Shown here piece after piece: positions 19,489 through 29,166 of a stretch of 64,000 bases of DNA. Every line of letters begins with the position of its first letter. Position 1 is the stretch's first letter. The stretch spans positions 4,352,001 to 4,416,000 of the forward strand of contig OZ243938.1 of assembly GCA_965214095.1 (NCBI GenBank), written 5' to 3'. The translations under genes were made by a program, and so were the position numbers. The notes under the pieces are model-generated. The model searched no databases. It saw only the letters and a program-made list of their open reading frames with translations, and was not told the DNA's origin. The stretch is from Candidatus Poribacteria bacterium (GTDB lineage Bacteria > Poribacteria > WGA-4E > WGA-3G).

Positions 19489-20277
19489 ATGAAACGGTTC
19501 ATAATTTGTTTTTATGCGATTGGTTTTTTCATCGTCCAATTTAGCCATGCTGAAATCGATCCTACTACTATAGTAGGTGCATGGCTGTTTGATGAAGCAG
19601 ATGGAAAAGTTGCATCTGATTCATCAGATAAGGGGAATGATGGTAATCTTGTCGGTGGCGCAAAATGGGTGAAGGGTAAATTTGGCAATGCAATTGAATT
19701 AAATGGGACAGATGCTTGGGTTACGGTCCCTCAGATTGGTCCATTAGCAGACTTTACACTACTGAAATGGTTCAATTCTACTGGAAGAGTTAACAGTTGG
19801 AGATGCTTTTTCAATCGCAATGGTTGGGCAGCAGGTTTTGTGCATTATCAATTTAGAACGGACAATAAAATGGAAATAGCAATTCACTCAAACGATCCAG
19901 TCCGACATCCTGGATGGGAAGATACCGGGTTCATTGCAGATAATAGTATTTTGAATAAGTGGATCCATCTTGCAGTTGCATACAGTAGTACCGAACAGAC
20001 TATTCGTGTGTATTTTGATGGTGAATTGGATGCAGAAGGTAAATGGGGTCCTTTGGCCGGTGAATTTGGACCTGGCAGAATTGGTTCATGGGATGGCGGC
20101 GGAAGAGAGTGGCAAGGTTTGTTTGATGAAATGTTACTCTTTGATGTATCATTGGAGGAAGACGATATTTTGATGCTTATGGAAAACGGTTTAGAAGGTG
20201 CCCTTGCAGTTGAGGCTATAAACAAAGCTGCGACTATTTGGGGAAAGATAAAAGACGATTCTATAAAAAGAAGATAG
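19489..20277 (+). CDS. LamG/concanavalin-like secreted protein
   Basis: Signal peptide; WLFDE, WVKGKFGNA, WIHLAVAY, VYFDG; C-terminal WGKIK. Confidence 0.85.
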   Translation: MKRFIICFYAIGFFIVQFSHAEIDPTTIVGAWLFDEADGKVASDSSDKGNDGNLVGGAKWVKGKFGNAIELNGTDAWVTVPQIGPLADFTLLKWFNSTGRVNSWRCFFNRNGWAAGFVHYQFRTDNKMEIAIHSNDPVRHPGWEDTGFIADNSILNKWIHLAVAYSSTEQTIRVYFDGELDAEGKWGPLAGEFGPGRIGSWDGGGREWQGLFDEMLLFDVSLEEDDILMLMENGLEGALAVEAINKAATIWGKIKDDSIKRR

Positions 20278-20290
20278 TGAGGATTCACAA

Positions 20291-21484
20291 ATTTCACTTA
20301 AAACCAAACTATCCCACAAATCCGAACGTTTCACAGAATCTGTCATCCGTGGCATGACACAGTTATGTTTAAAGCATAATGCAATCAATTTGTCACAAGG
20401 CACGCCTGCATATCAACCTCCAGATGAAGTAAAGCAGGCTGCGATTGCTGCTATTCAAGAGGGATACAATCAGTATAGTATCACTTGGGGAGCACCCGAT
20501 TTTCGTGAAGCAATTGCACATAAAATGGAGACATTCAACGGTATTGAAACCGATGCTGCCAAAAATGTAACTGTAACCTGTGGTTCAACAGAAGGTATGT
20601 TGTCCGTTCTCCTTGCTATCATCAACCCTGGCGATGAGGTCATTATATTTGAACCTTTCTATGAAAATTATGGTCCGGATACAATTATCTCAGGGGCAAA
20701 ACCTGTGTATGTAGCACTCCAGGAGACAGAAACAGAAGATGGAGGAATGCTATTTACTTATGACCAAAATGAATTGAAAAACGCATTTTCATCAAACACG
20801 AAAGCGATTATAATTAACACACCCAATAATCCTCTCGGAAAAGTATTTACACGTGCGGAACTGCAGGAGATAGCCGAACTTTGCTGTGAACACGACTGCA
20901 TTGCTATTACAGATGAAATATATGAATATATGATATATGATGGTAAACCACATATCAGCATTGGCAGTCTACCACTAATGAAGGATAGGACAATCACAGT
21001 GTCAGGGTTAAGCAAGACCTATTCTATGACCGGGTGGCGATTAGGGTATGTAGTCGCACCTGAAATATTATCCAATGCTATACGAAAGATGCATGACTTC
21101 CTAACCGTTGGTGCTCCGCACCCTTTACAACGTGCGGGTATAGCTGCTCTCAACTTGCCATCAAGTTATTACACAAAATTGGTGGAAAAATATGACAGAA
21201 ATCGCCAAAGACTCGTTAATATATTGACGGATGCAGGTTTTCGTTGTCATCCACCAGAGGCTGCATACTATATTATGACAGACATTTCAGATTTTGGATT
21301 TTCAGATGATACCGCGTTCGCACATTGGTTAGTAAAGGAAATCGGTGTAGGTGGCGTGCCTGGATCCAGTTTCTACAGTCGTCCACATCTCGGTAAAACG
21401 AAGTTTCGTTTTATGTTCAGTATGTCTGATGATATTTTAGATGAAGCGGGTGATCGTTTGATGAAAATAAAATCAAAAATATAA
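20291..21484 (+). CDS. Aminotransferase class I/II (probable ATT start at 20291; ATG 20354 alternative)
   Basis: INLSQG, NTPNNPLG, DEIY, SKTYSMTGWRLG; conserved FTESVIR lies upstream of the ATG. Confidence 0.9.
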   Translation: MSLKTKLSHKSERFTESVIRGMTQLCLKHNAINLSQGTPAYQPPDEVKQAAIAAIQEGYNQYSITWGAPDFREAIAHKMETFNGIETDAAKNVTVTCGSTEGMLSVLLAIINPGDEVIIFEPFYENYGPDTIISGAKPVYVALQETETEDGGMLFTYDQNELKNAFSSNTKAIIINTPNNPLGKVFTRAELQEIAELCCEHDCIAITDEIYEYMIYDGKPHISIGSLPLMKDRTITVSGLSKTYSMTGWRLGYVVAPEILSNAIRKMHDFLTVGAPHPLQRAGIAALNLPSSYYTKLVEKYDRNRQRLVNILTDAGFRCHPPEAAYYIMTDISDFGFSDDTAFAHWLVKEIGVGGVPGSSFYSRPHLGKTKFRFMFSMSDDILDEAGDRLMKIKSKI

Positions 21485-21519
21485 ATGATGTAAATGGTTG
21501 AAAAGCTACAAAACGAGGT

Positions 21520-21732
21520 ATGATAATGGATACCGTCCTTAATAAAGAAACACGTGAAATCTATGAAGAAGAGATAAAAGCACTTATTCAGCATGACCCG
21601 AAGTATATTACACTCGGACCTGATGAACTTGAAGCGATTGTGAAGGCATTTGATTTTACATTATCGAATGGGCGTGATAAGGTTAGAGCGCAAATGCTAT
21701 ATGATCTGATACAAGAAAAAAGAGAAATATAA
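21520..21732 (+). CDS. Small acidic hypothetical protein
   Basis: GAGG RBS; 1 bp from the SMC gene start. Confidence 0.65.
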   Translation: MIMDTVLNKETREIYEEEIKALIQHDPKYITLGPDELEAIVKAFDFTLSNGRDKVRAQMLYDLIQEKREI

Positions 21733-21733
21733 T

Positions 21734-23614
21734 ATGCGATTAGAACGTATTCGTCTCAAGTCCTTCGGTTGTTTTCAACAGCAAGATTTTGAGCTGTCTG
21801 AGGGTATCAACCTTATCTTTGGTCCAAACTTCAGTGGTAAAAGTACGCTTGTCAATGCGATCTTTTTCACATTGACGGGGAAACCGATTGTGCCACGGGT
21901 TGATGCATCGGCTATAAAAAGTGCCAATTCGTATAGCGGTACTGCTGGACTCCAATTTGTTCACAATGATGAACGTTATATGCTGTTCCGTGGAACAAAA
22001 AAACGTTTCCAGCTCAGACAGGAAAAAGGGGATGAATGGCATATAGTCTTTGATGAATCCCGTATCACTGTTGTGGAGGCAACCTTGAAAGAGCAGTTCG
22101 GTTTTTCACATGACCGACTTGCCTTGACTGCGTTCCTACGTGAAGGTGAAATTTTTGAGTTCCTTGCCCGTCAACCAGCAACAAGACGCGATATCTTATT
22201 TGCACTGCTTGGTATTGATAGATTGATTGAAGTTCGCGAAAGATTCATCGATGCACGTCGGCTTGCGAAACGGGAACGCACAAGAATTCAGTCACATCAA
22301 AAGAGTCTTAGATTTAATGCCCAAAACCCTCATAAACCTGAGATTGACAAAATAGAAGCGGAATTGAAGAAATTGGAAAAGGAATACAGTAGAGAAAGTG
22401 GAGATTCAGAAATAATTAATGAATGGATTCAGAATAGAAAACAGCTGCAAAAACAATTGGATTTACTTCTTCAGGAACAGAAAGAGACACTAAGCGGTTT
22501 TGATGGTTTCTCACATCTGAAAAAGATGATCTCGACCGTTGAAACTGCGATTAAGGAATCGAAGGAATTAGAAGCGGAACGCGATACACTCATCAAAACA
22601 ACCGGCAGCCTTGATTCCCAGGTTACAGCATTGACCAATGTATGCGACTCACTTCGCACTTTGATTGAGAATGATGATAGACATTGTCCAACCTGTCATC
22701 AGAAAGTTGAGAAGGAAATTCTTATAAAGATTGTTGAGGAAAAGGAGAAAGAAAAATCGCAGCTATCCACTGATTTGAAGGAAAATAATAAAATACTATC
22801 GGAAAAGACAGAAAACCTGCAAAGTAGACAGGCACTTGAGCAACGTCTTGACAACCTAAAAGCACGTGTGTCACGTTTAGAACAGTTGAAAGGTGATATT
22901 GATAAGTCTCAAAATGAAATTTCTGATATTAAATCACGACTGAGTGCAAAAGGTGTTGATAGTGAGACTGATTTATCGAATGAGTCTAATGAAAGTGGTT
23001 CAGAATCATCTGAGAATATAGATAAGACACAGTTAAAAGTGCGTATTGATAGTCTACGTAAAAAACTCTCAAAACTTAAACAGGATGAGGCAGTACAGCA
23101 AGACAGGCTTAATCAACTTCAGAAAGTCAATCTAGAAGCGGAAGAGACTGAGAAGACAACTTTATGTTTAGAACTCGCTTGTTTAGGTGTTGACAAGACC
23201 ATTGATACGTTACAACGTCAAATACTCAAACCTGTAGAATCCGAATTACAAAATTGGCTTGGACAGATGGAACTTTTTGGCAAAACACATATTGACTTAC
23301 AACGTCAACATCTACTTCCTACACTGAATATAGATGGGGTTGATCGTAGTTTGATGTTGCTCAGTGGAAGCGAAAAGATGTTTCTATATCTCTGCTTTAA
23401 AGTAGCACTTGCAAAGGTATTAGGTAATACCGGTTTCTTTGTATTTGATGATCCAACGTTACATTTAGATGGGGAGAGAAAAGCATTGATGGTAGATTTC
23501 ATTCGTCAACTTGCAGAAGAATATCAGGTGATTGTGACCAGTTATGACGATGATGTGCGTGAAGGATTAGAAGGTGCACATCTGATTGAAATGGGTAGAG
23601 AAAAACAAGATTAA
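21734..23614 (+). CDS. SbcC/Rad50-like SMC ATPase
   Basis: GPNFSGKST, coiled coils, CPTC zinc hook, LSGSE, FVFDDP. Confidence 0.85.
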   Translation: MRLERIRLKSFGCFQQQDFELSEGINLIFGPNFSGKSTLVNAIFFTLTGKPIVPRVDASAIKSANSYSGTAGLQFVHNDERYMLFRGTKKRFQLRQEKGDEWHIVFDESRITVVEATLKEQFGFSHDRLALTAFLREGEIFEFLARQPATRRDILFALLGIDRLIEVRERFIDARRLAKRERTRIQSHQKSLRFNAQNPHKPEIDKIEAELKKLEKEYSRESGDSEIINEWIQNRKQLQKQLDLLLQEQKETLSGFDGFSHLKKMISTVETAIKESKELEAERDTLIKTTGSLDSQVTALTNVCDSLRTLIENDDRHCPTCHQKVEKEILIKIVEEKEKEKSQLSTDLKENNKILSEKTENLQSRQALEQRLDNLKARVSRLEQLKGDIDKSQNEISDIKSRLSAKGVDSETDLSNESNESGSESSENIDKTQLKVRIDSLRKKLSKLKQDEAVQQDRLNQLQKVNLEAEETEKTTLCLELACLGVDKTIDTLQRQILKPVESELQNWLGQMELFGKTHIDLQRQHLLPTLNIDGVDRSLMLLSGSEKMFLYLCFKVALAKVLGNTGFFVFDDPTLHLDGERKALMVDFIRQLAEEYQVIVTSYDDDVREGLEGAHLIEMGREKQD

Positions 23615-23671
23615 CCTATAACTGCCAAAGAAGTAAGATGCACATACCATCAGATAGATAATGAATTTAAT

Positions 23672-23700
23672 TTGACATCTTCATGTTAATATGTTACAAT
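23672..23700 (+). promoter_or_regulatory. sigma70 promoter of the tRNA operon
   Basis: TTGACA-17 bp-TACAAT with extended TG. Confidence 0.75.
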
Positions 23701-23740
23701 AAATACGCTTTTAGTGTCAAAACAAACCCTAAGAGCCTTT

Positions 23741-23812
23741 GCGGGAGTAGCTCAGTGGTAGAGCTCCACCTTGCCAAGGTGGAGGTCGCGAGTTCAAATC
23801 TCGTCTCCCGCT
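23741..23812 (+). tRNA. tRNA-Gly(GCC)
   Basis: GCGGGAG acceptor stem; CCACC-TTGCCAA-GGTGG anticodon arm; GTTCAAATC T-loop; CCA not encoded. Confidence 0.95.
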
Positions 23813-23864
23813 TTTATATAAAAACATAATTTGTACGTGTGCAATCTAATAACGTACACTACAA

Positions 23865-23939
23865 GGTGGCGTAGCCAAGTGGTAAGGCCGAAGTCTGCAA
23901 AACTTCTATTCGTCGGTTCGATTCCGACCGCCACCTCCA
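23865..23939 (+). tRNA. tRNA-Cys(GCA)
   Basis: GGTGGCG acceptor stem; CTGCAAA loop; GGTTCGATTCC; encoded CCA. Confidence 0.95.
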
Positions 23940-23950
23940 TCATGCATTAT

Positions 23951-24024
23951 GGGCGGTTAGCTCAGGTGGCTAGAGCGTTTGCTTGACATGCAAGAGGTCA
24001 CAGGTTCAAGTCCTGTACCGCCCA
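23951..24024 (+). tRNA. tRNA-Val(GAC)
   Basis: GGGCGGT acceptor stem; TTGACAT loop; GGTTCAAGTCC. Confidence 0.95.
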
Positions 24025-24092
24025 TCCTACCTATTTTCGATCTCAATATTCTGGACAGTCCACTCATTTTGTGGTATATTATGATTATGCTC

Positions 24093-24232
24093 TTATAGTA
24101 AAATGTAAAAATACATGCACACTCCACGGTAGATGCGGTTTCCTAACCGCATCTATGAGACTGAACAAACACCGGTTCGGTTAGGAAACCGAACCTACCG
24201 TCGTGTGTAAATAATTATGGTTTTAACTATAA
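24093..24232. repeat. 140-bp MITE-like element with REP doublet; inverted copy at 57782-57920
   Basis: TTATAGT...ACTATAA ends; GGTAGATGCGGTTTCCTAACCGCATCT and GGTTCGGTTAGGAAACCGAACCTACC hairpins. Confidence 0.85.
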
Positions 24233-24254
24233 AATCTAAAGAAGGAGAAAATCA

Positions 24255-24860
24255 ATGGCAATCATAACAACCAAAAAGGCATATCTCGCTATATTTCTGA
24301 TAGGAGTTATCGTAGTAATTGCAGGGATATCAGTTTATGGTATATACCAGCGGGACACATCTCAAACACCAACTACGATATTCAAAGAATTAACTGAAGC
24401 TGATGAAGAAATCGTGAAAGAAAATATCAGATCAAATATAGAACAACAGAAAAGGAAATCTACAGAAAAAGTTGATAAAAAGCAGCCTTCCTATGTTGAT
24501 AGCATGCCTATTGAGAATAATAACAAGGACGAAAAACCTACACCTACTTATGAAGGACCTGTTCCTATTGTAACAGAAGCAGATGCATCAGATACAGAAA
24601 CATCCGATCTACAATCTCAGTCAGATGAAATTCAAGCAAACATGGGTGACATAAAAAATTTACATAAACAATTTGATCCTAAAGGTGTAGACTGGGGTAA
24701 TGCAAACTTTATAGAAATTACATCAGATGATGATCTAAAAAAGGTTCTTGCAGAATTAAAAGCATCTGGTAAGTTAACTGATAAAAACATCATCCAAATT
24801 AAAAAGAGTGTCAATGTAGGTGATGGCAAATGGATAGAGGTGGAAATAGATGATAAATAA
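24255..24860 (+). CDS. Hypothetical membrane-anchored protein
   Basis: AAGGAG RBS; N-terminal TM; low-complexity linker. Confidence 0.7.
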   Translation: MAIITTKKAYLAIFLIGVIVVIAGISVYGIYQRDTSQTPTTIFKELTEADEEIVKENIRSNIEQQKRKSTEKVDKKQPSYVDSMPIENNNKDEKPTPTYEGPVPIVTEADASDTETSDLQSQSDEIQANMGDIKNLHKQFDPKGVDWGNANFIEITSDDDLKKVLAELKASGKLTDKNIIQIKKSVNVGDGKWIEVEIDDK

Positions 24861-25080
24861 TGCCATTGTATTAACCCAATAATCTTGTTGAAGTGGATTC
24901 CATCCCCTATTTTTCTTGTTTGAGGCCTTCTAACCCCGAACATAAAGAATTACTGCTAAAATATGTGCTAAAACATTGAAGAAATCTATCATGAAATACA
25001 ACACATATACCACAAGTATATGTAACTGTGGGTGTCCCGATCTACTAAGACAATAGTATATAATTTTGGAGACCATTTTC

Positions 25081-27357
25081 ATGAAAAACATACCTCTTAT
25101 CATTATCACGTTCCTGTTATTTTCAGTTTTTGCATTACCATCTTCTATTATTGCAGATGAACCTATCGCAACTCTGACTGGTCACACCGATATTGTTTAT
25201 AGTGTTGAATTCAGTCCAAACGGTAGCCTACTCGCAACTAAAGGAAGAGACAAAACAATCCGTATATGGAATCCACACTCTGGAAACCTTATAAGAACAA
25301 TTAAAGATACAAATCCTCATGGAGAGATAACATTTAACAGAGATGGAAGTCTACTCGCAAGTGCTGAAGGGACAGAAAAAGTTGTTAATCTGTGGAATTC
25401 AGAAACTGGCAAGCTGCAAAAGACTTTAGGAGGCCATCTTGGTAATGTCTACTACGTTGCATTTTCACCGAATTCAGATGTACTTGCAAGTGCAGATTCG
25501 GATGGAAATATCATTCTATGGAATTCTGACACTGGTCAACTCTTACGCACGTGGTATGCAGAGAAACTTAACGGTTTGACTTTCAGTGCCGATGGCAGTT
25601 TCATTGCCAATAGCGGTAAGAATGATGAAAACGTCAAAGTTTGGAATGCTAACACTGGTCAACTACTACACACACTTGAATCAAGTGTACATCAACTTTT
25701 TGATGTTACATTCAGTACTAATGATAATACAATAGCTGGTGTCGGATGGGATGGAATTGACTTATGGGATGCTAATACAGGAGAATTAATACGACGACTT
25801 CCTAATTATCGCGGTAGGGTTTATTTATGTGGTGCTTTCAGTCCTGATGGTAGCATCCTAGCCAGTGGAAAGGATACAGGTGTCAGTTTATGGGATGTAA
25901 AAAGAGGAACTTTACTTGATACCTTGATAGAAGGTGGAGTAGAAATGTATGATTTGGCATTTAGTCCTGATGGACGCACTCTCGCAAGTGTAGGGAGAAG
26001 AAATGAAGTGCGTTTATGGGATATTACACCACTTGATGACGTAAATGCCCCAGAATTTCCTGAAGATTTAACCGGTCCGAATGTCAATACTTGGCACGAA
26101 GACTTTGGTGAAGTGCATCTTGATTCATGGACTAGTCGTGAATATCAGCGTGAAAGAGTTTCATGGGAAACAAAAAACGGTCAATTGGAGGTGCACACAC
26201 ACCCTTTTTGTAATGGACGATTAAATATTTTTAATCAACTTAATCTGGAAACCAATTATTCACTTGAATTTACAGCCTTCCCTATAGAGACAGAACAAAT
26301 TCGCGTCAAGCTAAAAGTTGATTCTCTTGAAAATGCGAATACTGGAATTTTCATCGGTAAGAAACCTGACAGCATTGTTCATCAAGTGTTCCAACATGCA
26401 TATCTTTTTGCAAACCACACACTCGGCACTCCCGATAGTTGGGGTCATCGTCGTACTGTCTCAGAGATCGGACTAAATTTAAGAGAGATTGATGTGGTGT
26501 TTGATCGTGGACATTTCTATGTTTATTCAGAAGGTAAATACATCATGGACTTCCAAACGAACAGTATTCAAACGATAGATTACATCGGTATTGTAGTCTT
26601 TCCCGAAAACTGTAATGTTTCTGCTACAGTAAATTTGGATGATTTTGAGATATCAGGACCAACTATTCCTGCACCAGGAGCCGTTGTTGTTGAGCCAAAA
26701 GACAATAAACCAATAGACGATACTGTAATAGATGAAATCTGGGTTGAAGATTTCAATGAGGGACCCCTCGATTCATGGACAGAGAATATACATCAGAAAA
26801 AACGTAATAGAGCGACGTGGCAAGCGAAAGATGGTCACCTGGATGTATGGATACAGCCAGAATTGAACCATGCTCTCTTACAAACTTATGAGTTAGAATT
26901 TACGGGTCTACCTATCAAGGCTGAAAAACTTAATGTAAAGGTTGATGTCCTTGAAGCACATAACGCAAACGTTGGTATTTTTATCGGACAGTATGACTGG
27001 ACAGGTGGTACATTCAGACGTACCTATAAAATCCTCCACAAAGGCATCTGGGGTGCAATAGAATTAGGTGATGTTCCTGATCACAATTATGAGAATCTTA
27101 AGGAAATAGAAATAGTCTTTAATAAGGGACATTTCGAATTGCTCTCTGAAGGAGAGCACATACTTGAGTTCGACGAACCTAATCTACCATACATTGATTG
27201 TCTCGGCATTATAACTTATACGAGCGAGGTGCCACTCGCGCATTTTGTTATGGATAATTTCGTAATTTCGGATATGGTTCCTCATCAGGAAAAGACTTTG
27301 AATGTCACTGCAAAGGGTAAGGCTGCAATATCATGGGGTGAAATAAAACAGCAATAA
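25081..27357 (+). CDS. Secreted WD40-repeat protein with two copies of an unnamed ~200-aa domain
   Basis: Signal peptide; about 7 WD40 repeats; repeated W.EDF...LDSW domain; WGEIK tail. Confidence 0.85.
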   Translation: MKNIPLIIITFLLFSVFALPSSIIADEPIATLTGHTDIVYSVEFSPNGSLLATKGRDKTIRIWNPHSGNLIRTIKDTNPHGEITFNRDGSLLASAEGTEKVVNLWNSETGKLQKTLGGHLGNVYYVAFSPNSDVLASADSDGNIILWNSDTGQLLRTWYAEKLNGLTFSADGSFIANSGKNDENVKVWNANTGQLLHTLESSVHQLFDVTFSTNDNTIAGVGWDGIDLWDANTGELIRRLPNYRGRVYLCGAFSPDGSILASGKDTGVSLWDVKRGTLLDTLIEGGVEMYDLAFSPDGRTLASVGRRNEVRLWDITPLDDVNAPEFPEDLTGPNVNTWHEDFGEVHLDSWTSREYQRERVSWETKNGQLEVHTHPFCNGRLNIFNQLNLETNYSLEFTAFPIETEQIRVKLKVDSLENANTGIFIGKKPDSIVHQVFQHAYLFANHTLGTPDSWGHRRTVSEIGLNLREIDVVFDRGHFYVYSEGKYIMDFQTNSIQTIDYIGIVVFPENCNVSATVNLDDFEISGPTIPAPGAVVVEPKDNKPIDDTVIDEIWVEDFNEGPLDSWTENIHQKKRNRATWQAKDGHLDVWIQPELNHALLQTYELEFTGLPIKAEKLNVKVDVLEAHNANVGIFIGQYDWTGGTFRRTYKILHKGIWGAIELGDVPDHNYENLKEIEIVFNKGHFELLSEGEHILEFDEPNLPYIDCLGIITYTSEVPLAHFVMDNFVISDMVPHQEKTLNVTAKGKAAISWGEIKQQ

Positions 27358-27418
27358 ATCTGTCAGATCACGAAATGACATTTCTTCATAATGCACATGT
27401 CCATAATAGGAGAACATA

Positions 27419-28192
27419 ATGAAAGTATTCTTCACACTGTTTCTGGTTATTCTAACGGTAGTATGTATTTCTGGACAAATGCTATCCGCTGAAACTTGGG
27501 TAGAGAATTTCAATGGTGGTAATCTTGATTCTTGGAAAGAATACGATGAACACTTCGGTACAGGTGTTTGGGCACCAAAAACTGTATGGAAGACTAAAGA
27601 TGGAATGTTGGATGTATGGATTGATCCACCGCCATCCCCCGGTATCTTTGCAATATTTCCACTTGAGTTTGTCGGTTTTCCAATTAAGGCTAATAAACTC
27701 AATGTAAGAGTGAAGATTGTACAGAAACTGCGTAATACTGACAGGATTGGTATTCTAATAGGTCAGCTTGATGAAAGAAACAATGTAATAAGTAATACGT
27801 TTCATTTTCTTAACGGATCATTTTTACCAATAAATAAAACGCCATTCAGAAACGGTGTAATACAAACACCACGTTCAGATAATATACTTGAAATTGCTCA
27901 TCAAGTAGATTCAGAACATTTTCCACTTGAGGAAATGGAAATATCATTTGACAACGGACATTTCAAGTTTATATCACAGAATAATCTACTGACTGAATTC
28001 AAGGTTGAACAAATGACTACGATTGATTGTTTAGGAGTAATTGCTTATGTGGAACGGGGTGGAGGACACCTTGGATTATTTGCATTAGATGATTTTGTTA
28101 TTTCTGGTCCGAATGTCCCTGCACACAGCAGTCTAAATGTGCATTCTATTGGTAAGACTGCAGTCTTATGGGGAGATCTGAAAAGACAATAA
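27419..28192 (+). CDS. Secreted protein with one copy of the same ~200-aa domain
   Basis: ETWVENFNGGNLDSW...LEFVGFPI...IDCLG...DDFVISGP; WGDLK tail. Confidence 0.75.
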   Translation: MKVFFTLFLVILTVVCISGQMLSAETWVENFNGGNLDSWKEYDEHFGTGVWAPKTVWKTKDGMLDVWIDPPPSPGIFAIFPLEFVGFPIKANKLNVRVKIVQKLRNTDRIGILIGQLDERNNVISNTFHFLNGSFLPINKTPFRNGVIQTPRSDNILEIAHQVDSEHFPLEEMEISFDNGHFKFISQNNLLTEFKVEQMTTIDCLGVIAYVERGGGHLGLFALDDFVISGPNVPAHSSLNVHSIGKTAVLWGDLKRQ

Positions 28193-28232
28193 TTATATTG
28201 GATATTCTATCGTAACCTATCCATTGAACTTA

Positions 28233-29060
28233 TCAAGTCATCAGATATGATATAAGTCTTTTCCCATCACGAAAATCAGGTATAATGATGTCCGCACCCA
28301 CGCGAATAAGTCGTTCTCTTTTATCTGCGTTCATATTGTAGATATTATCCTCCACAGACGCAACACCAACAGCAATCGCTCCCACTGCCTTCGCATTTTC
28401 AATCTCAACATATCCATCACCAATAATAAGCAGTTCACTACCACTCAGTTCAAAATCTGTGAGTATTTTCTGAATAACCATCGCTTTGGAAAACTTCTTG
28501 TACTCTCGCAATGCCCCATGTATACCACCATTGAAAAACTTTGCTACACCGAGAAGTTCAGCCTCATTCTTAACGAATTCAACATCTGTTCCACTTGCCA
28601 GATAGCATTGAACACCCATATCATGCAAACTCTTCAGGAATTCCAGTGACATCGGTACACGTAGTGTTTCACCGGATAAGGTTCCATCAGCAAGGTCTGC
28701 AATTCGTTTGTCAACGATGGGAAGTAGCCGATTATTATATTCGTCTTTGTAATCAAGCGGTTCCTTTGGTTCTCCACCCCGCTTTTCAACTTCTTCTACC
28801 AATTGCATCATCTGATAGATCGTCTGTTTCCCGGTCAATCTATCAACAAATTCAACGACGATTGCTTCTAACTTTTCGCGTGTTTCAGTTGTGTTGGTTT
28901 CGGTTTTGAGGAAATCAACCATCATAGGTACCATCACGTTTTGCCAACCATCTCTGATGAGAGAGATGGTCCCATCAAAATCAAAAACAGCATGTCGGAT
29001 GTTTCCTGTTTGGATATTATTGTGGATTTCAATACTGGTACCGTCTAAAAGTTGTTGCAT
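28233..29060 (-). CDS. HAD-superfamily hydrolase
   Basis: FDFDGT, LASGT, IIGDG; GAGGAG RBS before ATG 29060. Confidence 0.88.
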   Translation of the reverse strand: MQQLLDGTSIEIHNNIQTGNIRHAVFDFDGTISLIRDGWQNVMVPMMVDFLKTETNTTETREKLEAIVVEFVDRLTGKQTIYQMMQLVEEVEKRGGEPKEPLDYKDEYNNRLLPIVDKRIADLADGTLSGETLRVPMSLEFLKSLHDMGVQCYLASGTDVEFVKNEAELLGVAKFFNGGIHGALREYKKFSKAMVIQKILTDFELSGSELLIIGDGYVEIENAKAVGAIAVGVASVEDNIYNMNADKRERLIRVGADIIIPDFRDGKRLISYLMT

Positions 29061-29166
29061 TGGTCTCCTCACACTTACAAAGTTGTTGATTTCTCACTAC
29101 TTATCTGATAATATAATGGCAAATGAATAATAATGCAACCAAAATCTGATTCTGGTCGGCAGTTGT

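Noticed and set aside
23741-24024. tRNA cluster as integration site of an island
   Set aside because: No integrase and no duplicated tRNA 3' end noticed in the window
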